From positions 352,001 through 416,000 of the forward strand of contig CAWISW010000003.1 of NCBI GenBank assembly GCA_963838925.1: DNA of 64,000 bases. Direction: 5' to 3'. Within the stretch, counting starts at the first letter, position 1; every line of letters starts with the position of its first letter. The notes beneath the pieces were generated by a model. That model saw nothing but the letters and a program-made list of their open reading frames with translations, was not told the DNA's origin and did no database searches. This document shows, piece after piece, positions 46,341 through 57,078 of the stretch. Made by a program: the position numbers and the translations under genes. This stretch comes from an uncultured Nitrososphaerota archaeon (GTDB lineage Archaea > Thermoproteota > Nitrososphaeria > Nitrososphaerales > Gagatemarchaeaceae).

Positions 46341-46901
46341 ATGATGGGCGTAGACGCACTCCTCAAGGAGGTCGAGGACCGCAGGAAGAAGGCCCTGGAG
46401 GCCCTAGAGGCCGAGTACAACGCGAAGCGCGAGGAGGTCAAGAAGAGGACAGCAGAGCAGGTCTCCTACCTGATGGACTCCGCCAAGAAGGAGGCGGTCA
46501 CCCTCGCCCAGAAGGAGGTCACGAAGGTGGAGGGCGCGTCGAAGCTCCAGTCCAAGAAGATGCTCTTCGACGCCACCGAGCAGCTCCTCGAGAACAACAT
46601 CTCAAGCCTGGAGCAGGCGCTGGCCGAGGTCGCCGCCTCCACCGCTTATCCAGAACTCCTCGCGAGGATGGCAAAGTACGCTAGCAAGAGGCTCGGCGGG
46701 AAGATCGTCGTGGTCTGCCGCAAGCAAGACGAGGCCGCCCTCAAGGCGGCGGGCGCGAAGGTGCTCTCAGCCAACCTGAACGCCGTCGGCGGCTTCAAGG
46801 CAGAGAACGAGGACAGGACGCTGGAGCTCGACCTCACCTTCGAAGAGATCCTCAGGGGCCGCGAGGACGACGTCCGCGCAGCCGTCCTCGGCAAGGAGTA
46901 G
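46341..46901 (+). CDS. atpE: A/V-ATP synthase subunit E
   Basis: Charged coil, GGF...DLTFE. Confidence 0.85.
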   Translation: MMGVDALLKEVEDRRKKALEALEAEYNAKREEVKKRTAEQVSYLMDSAKKEAVTLAQKEVTKVEGASKLQSKKMLFDATEQLLENNISSLEQALAEVAASTAYPELLARMAKYASKRLGGKIVVVCRKQDEAALKAAGAKVLSANLNAVGGFKAENEDRTLELDLTFEEILRGREDDVRAAVLGKE

Positions 46902-46912
46902 CGGGTCGACCA

Positions 46913-47977
46913 ATGAACTCCGCGCAGTTCGCCGGCCTCGGGAGGCTTCGCGCGCTCTCACTGTCGTTCCTCAACAAGGAGAAGCTCGACGAGCTCACCA
47001 GGGCGAAGGACATCGCAGAGATCGCCCAGCTGCTGGAGTCGACCTGGTACGGGCCTGAGATCGAAGCCGCGGCCTCGGTCTACAAGCCGCCGGAGCTCAT
47101 CGAGGTCGCGGCCAACCGCCACCTCGTAGGCGTCAACAAGACCGCCATGCAGACGGCGCCCCTCTTCGGGAAGGCCGCCATGACCGCTTACCTGGCGAAG
47201 TGGGACATCGAGAACATCGAGCTCATCCTCGCGGCCAAGAGCCTCGGCAGGGGACTCGAAGAGACCGAGGCCTTCCTGGTCTCCTCTCGCAACCTCCCCG
47301 TGGGCCTGTCGTTCACCGTCATACCGCTGTCGGAGCTGCAGACGCTCCTCCAGCAGCCGGACGTCGAGGCTGTGATCAACTACCTCGTGAAGTACGGGTA
47401 CGGCGCCATCCTCCTCCAGCAGCTCGGGGACTTCCGCAAGTCGGGCGACCTCGGAGTCTTCACCGCGGCCCTCCAGAACTTCTACTACTCCAAGCTCCTG
47501 TGGGAGCTGCGGTTCCTGCAGGGCGACGAGGGCGTCCTCAGGGAGTACGTAAAGTCGGACATCTCCAAGAGGAACCTGCTCAACTTCCTAAAGTCGCGCG
47601 AGTCCAAGATAGACAAGGAGACCTTCTCCAAGCACCTGATAGAGGGAGGCCTCATCCCCATCGCGAGCCTCCAGGAGGCCTACTCCTCGGCCGACGTGGG
47701 CGACGCCGTCAAGAGGTTCGAGCCGTGGTTCGACCTCAGCGCGGCCTTCGAGGCATACAAGCAGTCCGGGAACCTGACCCAGTTCGAGGTGGCCATCGAC
47801 AAGCTGATAGTCGCAAAGTTCCTCCCGAGGTTCCGCAGCCTTCCCATCTCTCTCACCGCCGTCTTCGGGTTCGTCCTTCAGGCGGAGATAGAGAGGCAGA
47901 ACATCAGGCGAATAACCTACGCAAAGCAATACGGAATGACCGAAGAATACATTAAGACGGTAATTCTGGCAGGCTAA
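46913..47977 (+). CDS. atpC: A/V-ATP synthase subunit C
   Basis: GRLRAL, KWDIENI, EIERQNIR. Confidence 0.9.
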   Translation: MNSAQFAGLGRLRALSLSFLNKEKLDELTRAKDIAEIAQLLESTWYGPEIEAAASVYKPPELIEVAANRHLVGVNKTAMQTAPLFGKAAMTAYLAKWDIENIELILAAKSLGRGLEETEAFLVSSRNLPVGLSFTVIPLSELQTLLQQPDVEAVINYLVKYGYGAILLQQLGDFRKSGDLGVFTAALQNFYYSKLLWELRFLQGDEGVLREYVKSDISKRNLLNFLKSRESKIDKETFSKHLIEGGLIPIASLQEAYSSADVGDAVKRFEPWFDLSAAFEAYKQSGNLTQFEVAIDKLIVAKFLPRFRSLPISLTAVFGFVLQAEIERQNIRRITYAKQYGMTEEYIKTVILAG

Positions 47978-47981
47978 CAAA

Positions 47982-48323
47982 ATGAGTTCGAGAACCGCAG
48001 CCCAGACCGGCAAGATTGCCGTCGTTGGGGAGAACGAACTCGTCCTCGGCTACCGGCTCATCGGGGTAGAGGACGCGGTGATGGCGAAGAATGAAGACGC
48101 GCAAAAGGCTGTTTTAGAGCTCTTCAACTCTGGCAAGTATGGCCTCATAATCGTGGGGAGCGAGGCGAGGAAGGGGATCTCCCCGGCGACCATGGAGAAG
48201 CTAGAGTCCTCAATCGTGCCGCTGGTGGTCTTCATGCCCTCGACGCAGGCGACCGTCTCGGAGGAGTCGCTCTCGAGGCTGGCGAAGCGGGTCCTCGGCG
48301 TGGACCTGAAGGTTGGCAGTTAA
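47982..48323 (+). CDS. atpF: A/V-ATP synthase subunit F
   Basis: KIAVVG...GYRLIG...RVLGVDL. Confidence 0.9.
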   Translation: MSSRTAAQTGKIAVVGENELVLGYRLIGVEDAVMAKNEDAQKAVLELFNSGKYGLIIVGSEARKGISPATMEKLESSIVPLVVFMPSTQATVSEESLSRLAKRVLGVDLKVGS

Positions 48324-48324
48324 G

Positions 48325-50091
48325 ATGACTAGCGGAGTAGTATACAGGGTCAGCGGTCCAGTCGTCGCGGCGCGCGGCCTGGAAGATGCGAAGATGTTCG
48401 ACGTCGTCCGCGTGGGCGAGCTGGGCCTCGTAGGCGAGGTCATCAGGCTCCAGGGCCCGACGGCGACCCTCCAGATCTACGAGGACACGACCGGCTTGAG
48501 GCCGGGCGACAAGATCATCAACACGGGCCAGGCGCTCTCCGTGGAGCTCGGCCCCGGGCTGCTGAAGTCGATCTACGACGGCATCCAGAGGCCGCTGGAC
48601 GTGCTAAAGGCGCAGAGCGGCGACTTCATCAGCAGAGGACTGGTCATCCCGGCGCTCGACGAGAAGAAGAAGTGGGACTTCAAGCCCGTGAAGAAGAACG
48701 GGGACAAGGTCGTCGAGGGAGAGGTGATCGGAGAGGTTCAGGAGACGCCCCTCGTCTCTCACAAGATCATGGTTCCGCCCGGAGTGAGCGGCGAGCTCAA
48801 GGACATCAAGGCAGGTAGCTACACCATCAGGGAGAAGGTCGGCGCCATCAAGACCCTGGAGGGCGACGTCGACGTCTTCCTCGCCACCAAGTGGAGGGTC
48901 AAGACCCCAAGGCCAATCGCGAAGAAGCTCCCGCCCGACACGCCACTCCTAACCGGGCAGAGGGTCTTCGACACCTTCTTCCCGCTTGCAAAGGGCGGCA
49001 CCGCGGCCATCCCCGGACCCTTCGGCTCAGGGAAGACCGTCTCCCAGCAGCAGCTCGCCAAGTGGAGCGACAGCAGGATCATCGTCTACGTGGGGTGCGG
49101 CGAGAGGGGCAACGAGATGACCGAGGTCCTCGCAACCTTCCCAGAGCTCGAGGACCCGCGCTCGAAGAGGCCTCTCATGGAGAGGACCATCCTAGTCGCG
49201 AACACCTCCAACATGCCCGTCGCCGCGAGGGAAGCGAGCATCTACACAGGCATCACGATAGCAGAGTACTATAGGGACATGGGGTACGACGTCGCGCTCA
49301 TGGCCGACAGCACCTCCAGGTGGGCCGAGGCCCTGAGGGAGATCTCGGGCAGGCTCGAGGAGATGCCCGGCGAAGAGGGCTATCCCGCGTACCTCGGCCG
49401 CAGGCTGGCCGAGTTCTACGAGAGGGCAGGGAAGGCCACGGTGCTGGGCCCGGAGGGGAAGATGGGGTCCGTCACCGTGGTGGGAGCGGTCTCGCCTCCG
49501 GGAGGGGACTTCTCAGAGCCGGTCTCGCAGAACACGCTCCGCGTCACCAGGGTCTTCTGGGCGCTCGACGCGAGCCTCGCGGCGCGAAGGCACTTCCCGT
49601 CCATCAACTGGCTCAACAGCTACTCGCTCTACACCGACGACCTCCGCGCGTGGTACCAGGCCAACGTCGCCAAGGACTGGCCTGACTTCCGCAGCGAGGC
49701 GCTCGAGATACTCCAGAAGGAGGCCGAGCTCCAAGACATCGTCCAGCTCGTGGGCTACGACGCGCTCCCAGAGTCGGAGAAGGGAGTCATGGACGTCGCC
49801 AAGATGATCAGGGAGGACTACCTCCAGCAGAGCGCCTACGACCCGGTGGACACCTACTCCTCGATCAGGAAGCAGTACCTGATGATGAGGACGATTCTCA
49901 CCTTCGGGCACAAGGAGGCGGAGGTCCTGAAGACGGGCGCGCAGGCCGCCCAGGTGGCCGTGATGCCGGTCAAGTCAAAGATATCGAAGATAAAGTGGAC
50001 CCCCGAGGACCAGACGGAGGCCTTCATCAAGGAGATAGAGGGAGACATGGAGATGCAGTTCGGGTCGCTCGCGCAGGAGATCAAGGTGTAA
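48325..50091 (+). CDS. atpA: A/V-ATP synthase subunit A
   Basis: GPFGSGKTV, GERGNEM, EEMPGEEGYPAYL. Confidence 0.96.
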   Translation: MTSGVVYRVSGPVVAARGLEDAKMFDVVRVGELGLVGEVIRLQGPTATLQIYEDTTGLRPGDKIINTGQALSVELGPGLLKSIYDGIQRPLDVLKAQSGDFISRGLVIPALDEKKKWDFKPVKKNGDKVVEGEVIGEVQETPLVSHKIMVPPGVSGELKDIKAGSYTIREKVGAIKTLEGDVDVFLATKWRVKTPRPIAKKLPPDTPLLTGQRVFDTFFPLAKGGTAAIPGPFGSGKTVSQQQLAKWSDSRIIVYVGCGERGNEMTEVLATFPELEDPRSKRPLMERTILVANTSNMPVAAREASIYTGITIAEYYRDMGYDVALMADSTSRWAEALREISGRLEEMPGEEGYPAYLGRRLAEFYERAGKATVLGPEGKMGSVTVVGAVSPPGGDFSEPVSQNTLRVTRVFWALDASLAARRHFPSINWLNSYSLYTDDLRAWYQANVAKDWPDFRSEALEILQKEAELQDIVQLVGYDALPESEKGVMDVAKMIREDYLQQSAYDPVDTYSSIRKQYLMMRTILTFGHKEAEVLKTGAQAAQVAVMPVKSKISKIKWTPEDQTEAFIKEIEGDMEMQFGSLAQEIKV

Positions 50092-50095
50092 GATC

Positions 50096-51487
<1,392 letters not shown>

Positions 51488-51502
51488 GCGGCGAAAGACA
51501 CC

Positions 51503-52138
51503 TTGCCAGTCGCTAGCAACGTTCGGCCGACGCGGATGGAATACCTCAGGACCATCCGCCGCATAGCGATATCCCGCAAGGGCCTGAAGCTCCTCAAGCT
51601 CAAGAGGTCCGCCCTCATCTTCGAGTTCTTCGCGGTGAGCAAGAAGGTCGCGAGCCTAAGGAGCGGCCTCCAGTCGAAGCTCATCAGCGGCTACGAGGGC
51701 ATCCACAACACGGAGATGTTCGTCGGGACGCTGCGGCTCGAGTACGAGTCGATGCGCATCCCCAAGATGCACGAGCTCACGCTCAAGAGCAAGAACATCA
51801 TGGGCGTGAAGATCCCCGAGCTCAGCTCCCAGAGCCGAGGGAGCGCGGGCCAGGAGTACCTCCTCGAGGTCCCCACGTCCGTCAACCAGGCGATAAAGTC
51901 CTTCGAGGCGGTCCACCAGATGGTGCTGGACGTCGCGGAGAAGGAGACCGCGCTCCGCAAGCTCCTCGTTGAGATAGAGAAGACGAAGAGGAGGTCCAAC
52001 GCGATCGAGAACGTCCTCATCCCCAGGCTGCAGGCGAACGCGCGCTTCATCAAGTTCAGGTTCGACGAGATGGAGAGGGAGAGCTTCACCAAGCTGAAGA
52101 CGGTCAAGAGGAAGATGGCCCAGAGGGAGGCGCCCTAG
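51503..52138 (+). CDS. atpD: A/V-ATP synthase subunit D
   Basis: PTRMEY, KLLKLKR, KTKRRSNAIE. Confidence 0.93.
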   Translation: MPVASNVRPTRMEYLRTIRRIAISRKGLKLLKLKRSALIFEFFAVSKKVASLRSGLQSKLISGYEGIHNTEMFVGTLRLEYESMRIPKMHELTLKSKNIMGVKIPELSSQSRGSAGQEYLLEVPTSVNQAIKSFEAVHQMVLDVAEKETALRKLLVEIEKTKRRSNAIENVLIPRLQANARFIKFRFDEMERESFTKLKTVKRKMAQREAP

Positions 52139-52360
52139 ATGTCAGACGGAGAGAAGCAAGAGGAGAAGAAGGAAGAGAAGAGGCGCGCCGGCGTCCCCAA
52201 GTTCTACTACTGGGGCAAGAGCCCTCCCAAGGTCAAGCAGGTCCAGAGGGGCTTCGTGAACGGCTCGCAGAAAAAGTACTACCTCGTCCAGCTCGCGTTC
52301 AGGACCGCCAAGGTCACAGCCATCGTGATGGTCTTCCTACTGTTCTTCGCGAGGATTTGA
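52139..52360 (+). CDS. Small tail-anchored protein inside the ATP synthase operon
   Basis: 73 aa, C-terminal TM, host-like codons. Confidence 0.65.
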   Translation: MSDGEKQEEKKEEKRRAGVPKFYYWGKSPPKVKQVQRGFVNGSQKKYYLVQLAFRTAKVTAIVMVFLLFFARI

Positions 52361-52366
52361 GCTAAA

Positions 52367-52693
52367 ATGTCCACAGACTACACCGAGACGCTGAAGAAGA
52401 TCAAGGAGACCGAGGAGGCCACCAGCAGGGAGATCCTGGAGCGAAGGAAGGCGCTCGAGGAGGAGCTCCGCCGGATGGAGGGAGACTCGGCGAACTCGAT
52501 AGCCCAGGCGAAATCCCAGGCCGAGGCGTACACCGCCGCGGAGGTGGAGAAGGCCCGCAAGTCCTCCCAGGTCAAGGCCGACGCGCTCCTTGCGACGACA
52601 AACAAGGAGGCGAGGGAGGTGGCCTCGAGCAAGCTCGACAAGAAGGACCTGAAGAAGATAATCGACAACACTCTATTCTCGGAGTTCAAGTGA
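52367..52693 (+). CDS. atpH: A/V-ATP synthase subunit H (G)
   Basis: ETLKKIKETE, charged helical; precedes subunit I. Confidence 0.75.
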   Translation: MSTDYTETLKKIKETEEATSREILERRKALEEELRRMEGDSANSIAQAKSQAEAYTAAEVEKARKSSQVKADALLATTNKEAREVASSKLDKKDLKKIIDNTLFSEFK

Positions 52694-52702
52694 GACCTGC
52701 GA

Positions 52703-54730
52703 ATGCTGAAGCCTGCCCGCATGCAGAAGGTAGCCGTACTTGGGCTGAAGGATGAGCGGCAGAGGGCCGTCTCGGTCCTCTACGACCTAGGGGCAGTGCA
52801 GGTCGAGCCGCTCTCGAAGGACGCCGTGCCGTATCTGACGGGCGACTCGGACTCCGGCGGGGTCAGGGAGATCTCCGAGGAGCTCCTCAGGATAAGGGCG
52901 CTGAAGGCTGCTCTCCCGGCAGTCCCGGTCAACGAGAAGAGGCGTTTCGGGTCCTTCTCAGAGGCGCTGACCATCTCCAGGTCGATAACCGTCGACCAGG
53001 AGGTCTCCGGCCTGAAGGAGCGGCAGGAGAGGCTGACTTCGCAGCTCGAGGACCTAAAGGGCAGGATAGAGCTCGTCCAGAGCCTGCAGTTCGTCAGGGA
53101 GGACCTGAGCATCTTCGACCTGGAGAGCGCAGTCTCCTTCTTCGGGTCCGTGTCCGCGGCCACGCACGCAGCGCTCCTGCAGAGCCTCGCCTCGACCGAG
53201 GCGGTCGTCTCCTACTCGTCCGGCACAGACCCAGTCAAGATAATCGTGACCGTCCCCAAGGCGGCGCTCGAGAAGTTCGGCTCCATCATCCAGAAGGCCG
53301 ACGTCAGGCTTCAGCGAATCCCCCAGCTCAAGGGCAAGCCCGCGGACGTCCTGGCGAGGCTCCAGGAAGACGACCGCTCCAGGCAGGCCGAGCTCGCGGA
53401 CATCGCGAAGCAGCTGCAGTCGATCTCTGAGAAGAGCTACGGCCTGATATCCCAGGTGGAGGAGCAGCTCTCGATAGAGGCCAGGAAGCAGGAGGTCACC
53501 AACAGCTTCGGGTTCACAGAGAGCGCGTTCGTCCTCGAGGGATGGGTCCCCTCGAAGAGGCTCCAGACGCTCAAGGAGACGCTGACCAGGAGCGTCCCCT
53601 CAACCAAGGTCTTCGAGGTCGAGAGCGAAGAGCACGACCGCCCGACGCTCCTCGAGAACCCTGCCAGGTTCAAGTTCTTCGAGTCCTTCATCAGGTTCTA
53701 CACCATTCCGCTATCAATGGAGTTCGACCCGAGCTTGCTGTTCGCGGTCGCCTTCCCCATCTTCTTCGGGTTCATGCTCGGGGACGTGGGATACGCCGTG
53801 CTCATCCTGCTCATCTCCGTCTGGATAATCCGGAGGGTCAACCACCCAGAAGGGAAGACGCTGATCCCAGGCGCGCTCCGTTCCTTTGCCGCAAGGATCC
53901 TCAAGCCCGCCCAGTTCAAGAAGCTCGCGAAGGCGATGATACTCGGGTCGATCGTGGGCATGGTGATGGGCTTCATCCTGAACGCCTACTTCGGGTTCGG
54001 GGTGAACCAGTACCTCTTCGACTACCTCAACAAGAGCTTCAACGCAGGCCTTCCAGCGGACGGCGTCTTCCTCAACCCGATATCGACCAGGGGGCTCAAG
54101 GAGCTCTTGCTCTACTCTGGGTACATCGGCCTGTTCATGGTCTCATTCGGGCTGGTGCTGGGCATGCTCAACGCGTACTGGATGCACGAGAGGAAGCACA
54201 TCGTCGCCAAGATCGGCTGGCTCTCGGTCGCCTGGGGGCTCTCGCTCTTCGGACTGACGCTCCTGCACCATGGAAACGTGAACCCCGCAGGCAATCCGCT
54301 TGCAGGCGGCTACCTCGGGATGGTGGTGGTCGGCGTCGGGCTCATCATCTTCGGAGAGGGGACGCTGGCGGTCATAGAGCTGCCTTCCATCGTCAGCCAC
54401 ATCATATCCTACACGAGGCTGCTGGGGATACTCCTGGCCTCGTTCGTGCTAGCTTTCGTGATCGACAGCCAAGCGGTGGGCACGTCTGCCGCCCCCGGGC
54501 TGATGTACGGCGGCATCGGGTTCGCCATAGCAGGGATCGCACTGCTGGTCGTGGGGCACGTCTTCAACCTCGTGCTGGGCATGCTCGAGCCAGGCATACA
54601 GGGAGCAAGGCTTCTCTACGTGGAGACCTTCTCAAAGTTCCTCCACGGGGGCGGAAAGCAGTTCTCGCCCTTCAAAGGCCCGAGGACCTACACGGTCAGC
54701 GAGACCGAAGTCGCAGAGCCGAAGGCCTAG
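52703..54730 (+). CDS. atpI: A/V-ATP synthase subunit I (a)
   Basis: PARMQK, EGWVP, FFGFMLGDVGY, SYTRL, RLLYVETFSKF. Confidence 0.94.
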   Translation: MLKPARMQKVAVLGLKDERQRAVSVLYDLGAVQVEPLSKDAVPYLTGDSDSGGVREISEELLRIRALKAALPAVPVNEKRRFGSFSEALTISRSITVDQEVSGLKERQERLTSQLEDLKGRIELVQSLQFVREDLSIFDLESAVSFFGSVSAATHAALLQSLASTEAVVSYSSGTDPVKIIVTVPKAALEKFGSIIQKADVRLQRIPQLKGKPADVLARLQEDDRSRQAELADIAKQLQSISEKSYGLISQVEEQLSIEARKQEVTNSFGFTESAFVLEGWVPSKRLQTLKETLTRSVPSTKVFEVESEEHDRPTLLENPARFKFFESFIRFYTIPLSMEFDPSLLFAVAFPIFFGFMLGDVGYAVLILLISVWIIRRVNHPEGKTLIPGALRSFAARILKPAQFKKLAKAMILGSIVGMVMGFILNAYFGFGVNQYLFDYLNKSFNAGLPADGVFLNPISTRGLKELLLYSGYIGLFMVSFGLVLGMLNAYWMHERKHIVAKIGWLSVAWGLSLFGLTLLHHGNVNPAGNPLAGGYLGMVVVGVGLIIFGEGTLAVIELPSIVSHIISYTRLLGILLASFVLAFVIDSQAVGTSAAPGLMYGGIGFAIAGIALLVVGHVFNLVLGMLEPGIQGARLLYVETFSKFLHGGGKQFSPFKGPRTYTVSETEVAEPKA

Positions 54731-54738
54731 CCTCCCCC

Positions 54739-54996
54739 CTACTCCTTCATCGCTTTCTCTTGCAAGAGGTCTATCTGCTTCTGCCTGATCTCTGTGAACA
54801 GGTTGCACCAGTCGCGACCCGAGACTATGAGGTCGAAGGCCTTGAGCTTGGGGTGGATGCACTTTCCCCGCTCCAGGATGTCCGCGTTGAGCGGGTCGTT
54901 TGGAGAGAACCAGACGCACGAGAGGCAGTTCTCGTATTGCCACGTCAGCCTCTTCAGGCTCTTCTGAGGTTCGGGCTCGTCCTTGCCGACGCTCAT
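54739..54996 (-). CDS. Small Cys-rich hypothetical protein
   Basis: CLSC...GKC...WC. Confidence 0.65.
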   Translation of the reverse strand: MSVGKDEPEPQKSLKRLTWQYENCLSCVWFSPNDPLNADILERGKCIHPKLKAFDLIVSGRDWCNLFTEIRQKQIDLLQEKAMKE

Positions 54997-55022
54997 GGAT
55001 AAAGAAGAGAGGGCCCGATTAC

Positions 55023-55463
55023 TTAAGCCTGATTCTGCTGCCCTGGAACCTTCTGCTCGGCGCCCGTGAGCCTCTCGAGCGCGTGCCGCGTCCCGCTCCT
55101 AAAGTGCCCTCCGGTCCAGCTCGAGGTCAGCTTGAAGAGGCCCGTGAAGCTCACGTCCCAGTTGACCTCTATCGCGTTCCCGACGATCTTGACGACCTGG
55201 GCTCCCTTGAACGGGCCTGAGGTGTAGTCGGAGGTGAGCGTCATCGTCGCCTTGTCGGCGGTTATCTCAACGTCCCCCGAGCCGCCGAAGGCGAACTTGG
55301 CCTTCGCCCTTGCCCTTTCCTTCCCCCTTCCCAAGGATTCCCTCTCGATGATCTCTAGAGACCTCGTCCCGTGCCAGAACTCCGGGATCTTCTCGATGTC
55401 CGACAGCCTCGCCCACACGCTCGCCGGGTCTTCCTTGAACTCCAACCTCTCCTGAATGAGCAT
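55023..55463 (-). CDS. SRPBCC/START-like protein
   Basis: VWARLSDIEKIPEFW, GPFKG. Confidence 0.8.
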   Translation of the reverse strand: MLIQERLEFKEDPASVWARLSDIEKIPEFWHGTRSLEIIERESLGRGKERARAKAKFAFGGSGDVEITADKATMTLTSDYTSGPFKGAQVVKIVGNAIEVNWDVSFTGLFKLTSSWTGGHFRSGTRHALERLTGAEQKVPGQQNQA

Positions 55464-55530
55464 CGTGAGGCGTACCAGCGCACGCCCGTATAACAGTTAT
55501 TAGCGCAGACGCGTCTCATGGAGCTCCAGC

Positions 55531-56016
55531 ATGCCGCAGGTCCCTGTTCGGTACTCGTTCAAGCAGAAGTTCTCCGTCCCAGTGGAGGAGGCGTTCAGGT
55601 GGTCCATCGACTACGACCCGAACGACTTCTCTCTGATGGGCCAGGAAGGCACGAGGAAGATCAACAAGCTAACGGAGGACACCGTCATCCTCGAGGACGC
55701 GAGAAAGACCCCGGATGGCACAATCGAGAGGACGCGTCTCATCAGGATCAATCCGGACAAGCACGCGTTCACCAACACGCACATCACAGGCCCGACCCTT
55801 CACTCCCAGTTCTGGTATGAGTTCTTCCCAGAAGGGAAGCGGGCATCGAGGCTCGAGTTCACAGGACTGCTCCTATACCCGAGCGACAGGAAGCTGACCA
55901 AGAAGGAGGTCGCCCAGATCGCGGCCAACGAGCTGAAGGGGGACTCTCTGATCTGGAAGAACCTGGCGAAGGCAATGGAAGCCGACCTGAAGAAGACCCG
56001 CAGGACCAGGCGTTAG
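55531..56016 (+). CDS. SRPBCC-like hypothetical protein
   Basis: F.VP..EAFRW..DY; paralogue of the next gene. Confidence 0.7.
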   Translation: MPQVPVRYSFKQKFSVPVEEAFRWSIDYDPNDFSLMGQEGTRKINKLTEDTVILEDARKTPDGTIERTRLIRINPDKHAFTNTHITGPTLHSQFWYEFFPEGKRASRLEFTGLLLYPSDRKLTKKEVAQIAANELKGDSLIWKNLAKAMEADLKKTRRTRR

Positions 56017-56019
56017 CCC

Positions 56020-56487
56020 TTGGTCGTCGTCTCGACAAGGTACGAGTTCTCCCAGCACTTCGACGTCCCAGCGGCCCAGGCATTCCGCTGGTGCACGGAC
56101 TATGACGCCAAGGACCACAATCTCATGGGACTCAAGGGCTTCAGGAAGGTGACTCGAGTGGCGGACGACACGGTAATCCTCGAGGACACGCTGTATCCAG
56201 AGGGCAAGGCCGTGACCAAGAAGAAGCTGATCAAGATCGACAAGGAAAGGATGACCTACTTCAACTTCCACGTCACCGGCGCGAACAAGAATTCGCTGTA
56301 CTTCTACCGGATAATCCCTGAAGGAGACGGCAAGTCCAGGCTCGAATACACCGGCTACGAGCTGACCTACCCAAAGAGGGCCCCGACAAAGAAGCAGCTG
56401 GCGGCCACCGCCGTAGCTGATGCGGCGACGAGGACGAAGGAGTGGGCACGGCTCGCAAAAGCGATGGAGAGGGAGCTGCGCGGTTAG
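56020..56487 (+). CDS. SRPBCC-like hypothetical protein, tandem paralogue
   Basis: Shared DTVILED, SRLE.TG, W..LAKAME. Confidence 0.7.
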   Translation: MVVVSTRYEFSQHFDVPAAQAFRWCTDYDAKDHNLMGLKGFRKVTRVADDTVILEDTLYPEGKAVTKKKLIKIDKERMTYFNFHVTGANKNSLYFYRIIPEGDGKSRLEYTGYELTYPKRAPTKKQLAATAVADAATRTKEWARLAKAMERELRG

Positions 56488-56508
56488 CGCACCTAGCCTC
56501 CTCGTTGC

Positions 56509-57078
56509 GTGGTCGTTAAGTATCCAAAGACCCTGCAATCGTGTTTGGCTTCTCGCAGAGTCTGCAACAGATGTAAGAGGGAACTACCCACTACTGCCTT
56601 CTACACTCAACCGATAGGAATCCGCCGAATTTGCAAGAGGTGTGACAACGAATACTCGAAAAACTATCACAAGTCTCATCTCGAAGGCGCCAGAAGATTA
56701 GATAGGAAACGCGCGCTCAGAAACCCGAAGAGAAGATGGGCGACGGCTTGTTTGTCAGGTCATCGAAGAAGGGGGTATGCTATTGAGATGACCTCTGAAG
56801 AGCTCTATCAAGTGGCGTTGCATACTGAGCTTTGCTTCATCTGCGGTTCTCAGATAGACTGGGAGCTGGGAAACAAGGGTCACATGCATAACAGGAGTCC
56901 AACGCTAGACAGAGTGGACAACGAAGATGTAATCAGGATTGACAACATCCTCATTCTCTGCTACAAATGCAACGCAACCAAGCGCGACCGCACCCTGAAA
57001 GAGTTCCTAGACTATTGCAGGGCCGTCGTCGCTAGGTTCTACTCACACTTCGAGTATCCGCAGCTCGTGCATTTATAA
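56509..57078 (+). CDS. HNH-like endonuclease with N-terminal zinc finger
   Basis: CNRC...CKRC; CFICG...TLDRVDN...N....CYKCNATK; lower GC; overlaps nrdJ end by 40 nt. Confidence 0.75.
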   Translation: MVVKYPKTLQSCLASRRVCNRCKRELPTTAFYTQPIGIRRICKRCDNEYSKNYHKSHLEGARRLDRKRALRNPKRRWATACLSGHRRRGYAIEMTSEELYQVALHTELCFICGSQIDWELGNKGHMHNRSPTLDRVDNEDVIRIDNILILCYKCNATKRDRTLKEFLDYCRAVVARFYSHFEYPQLVHL

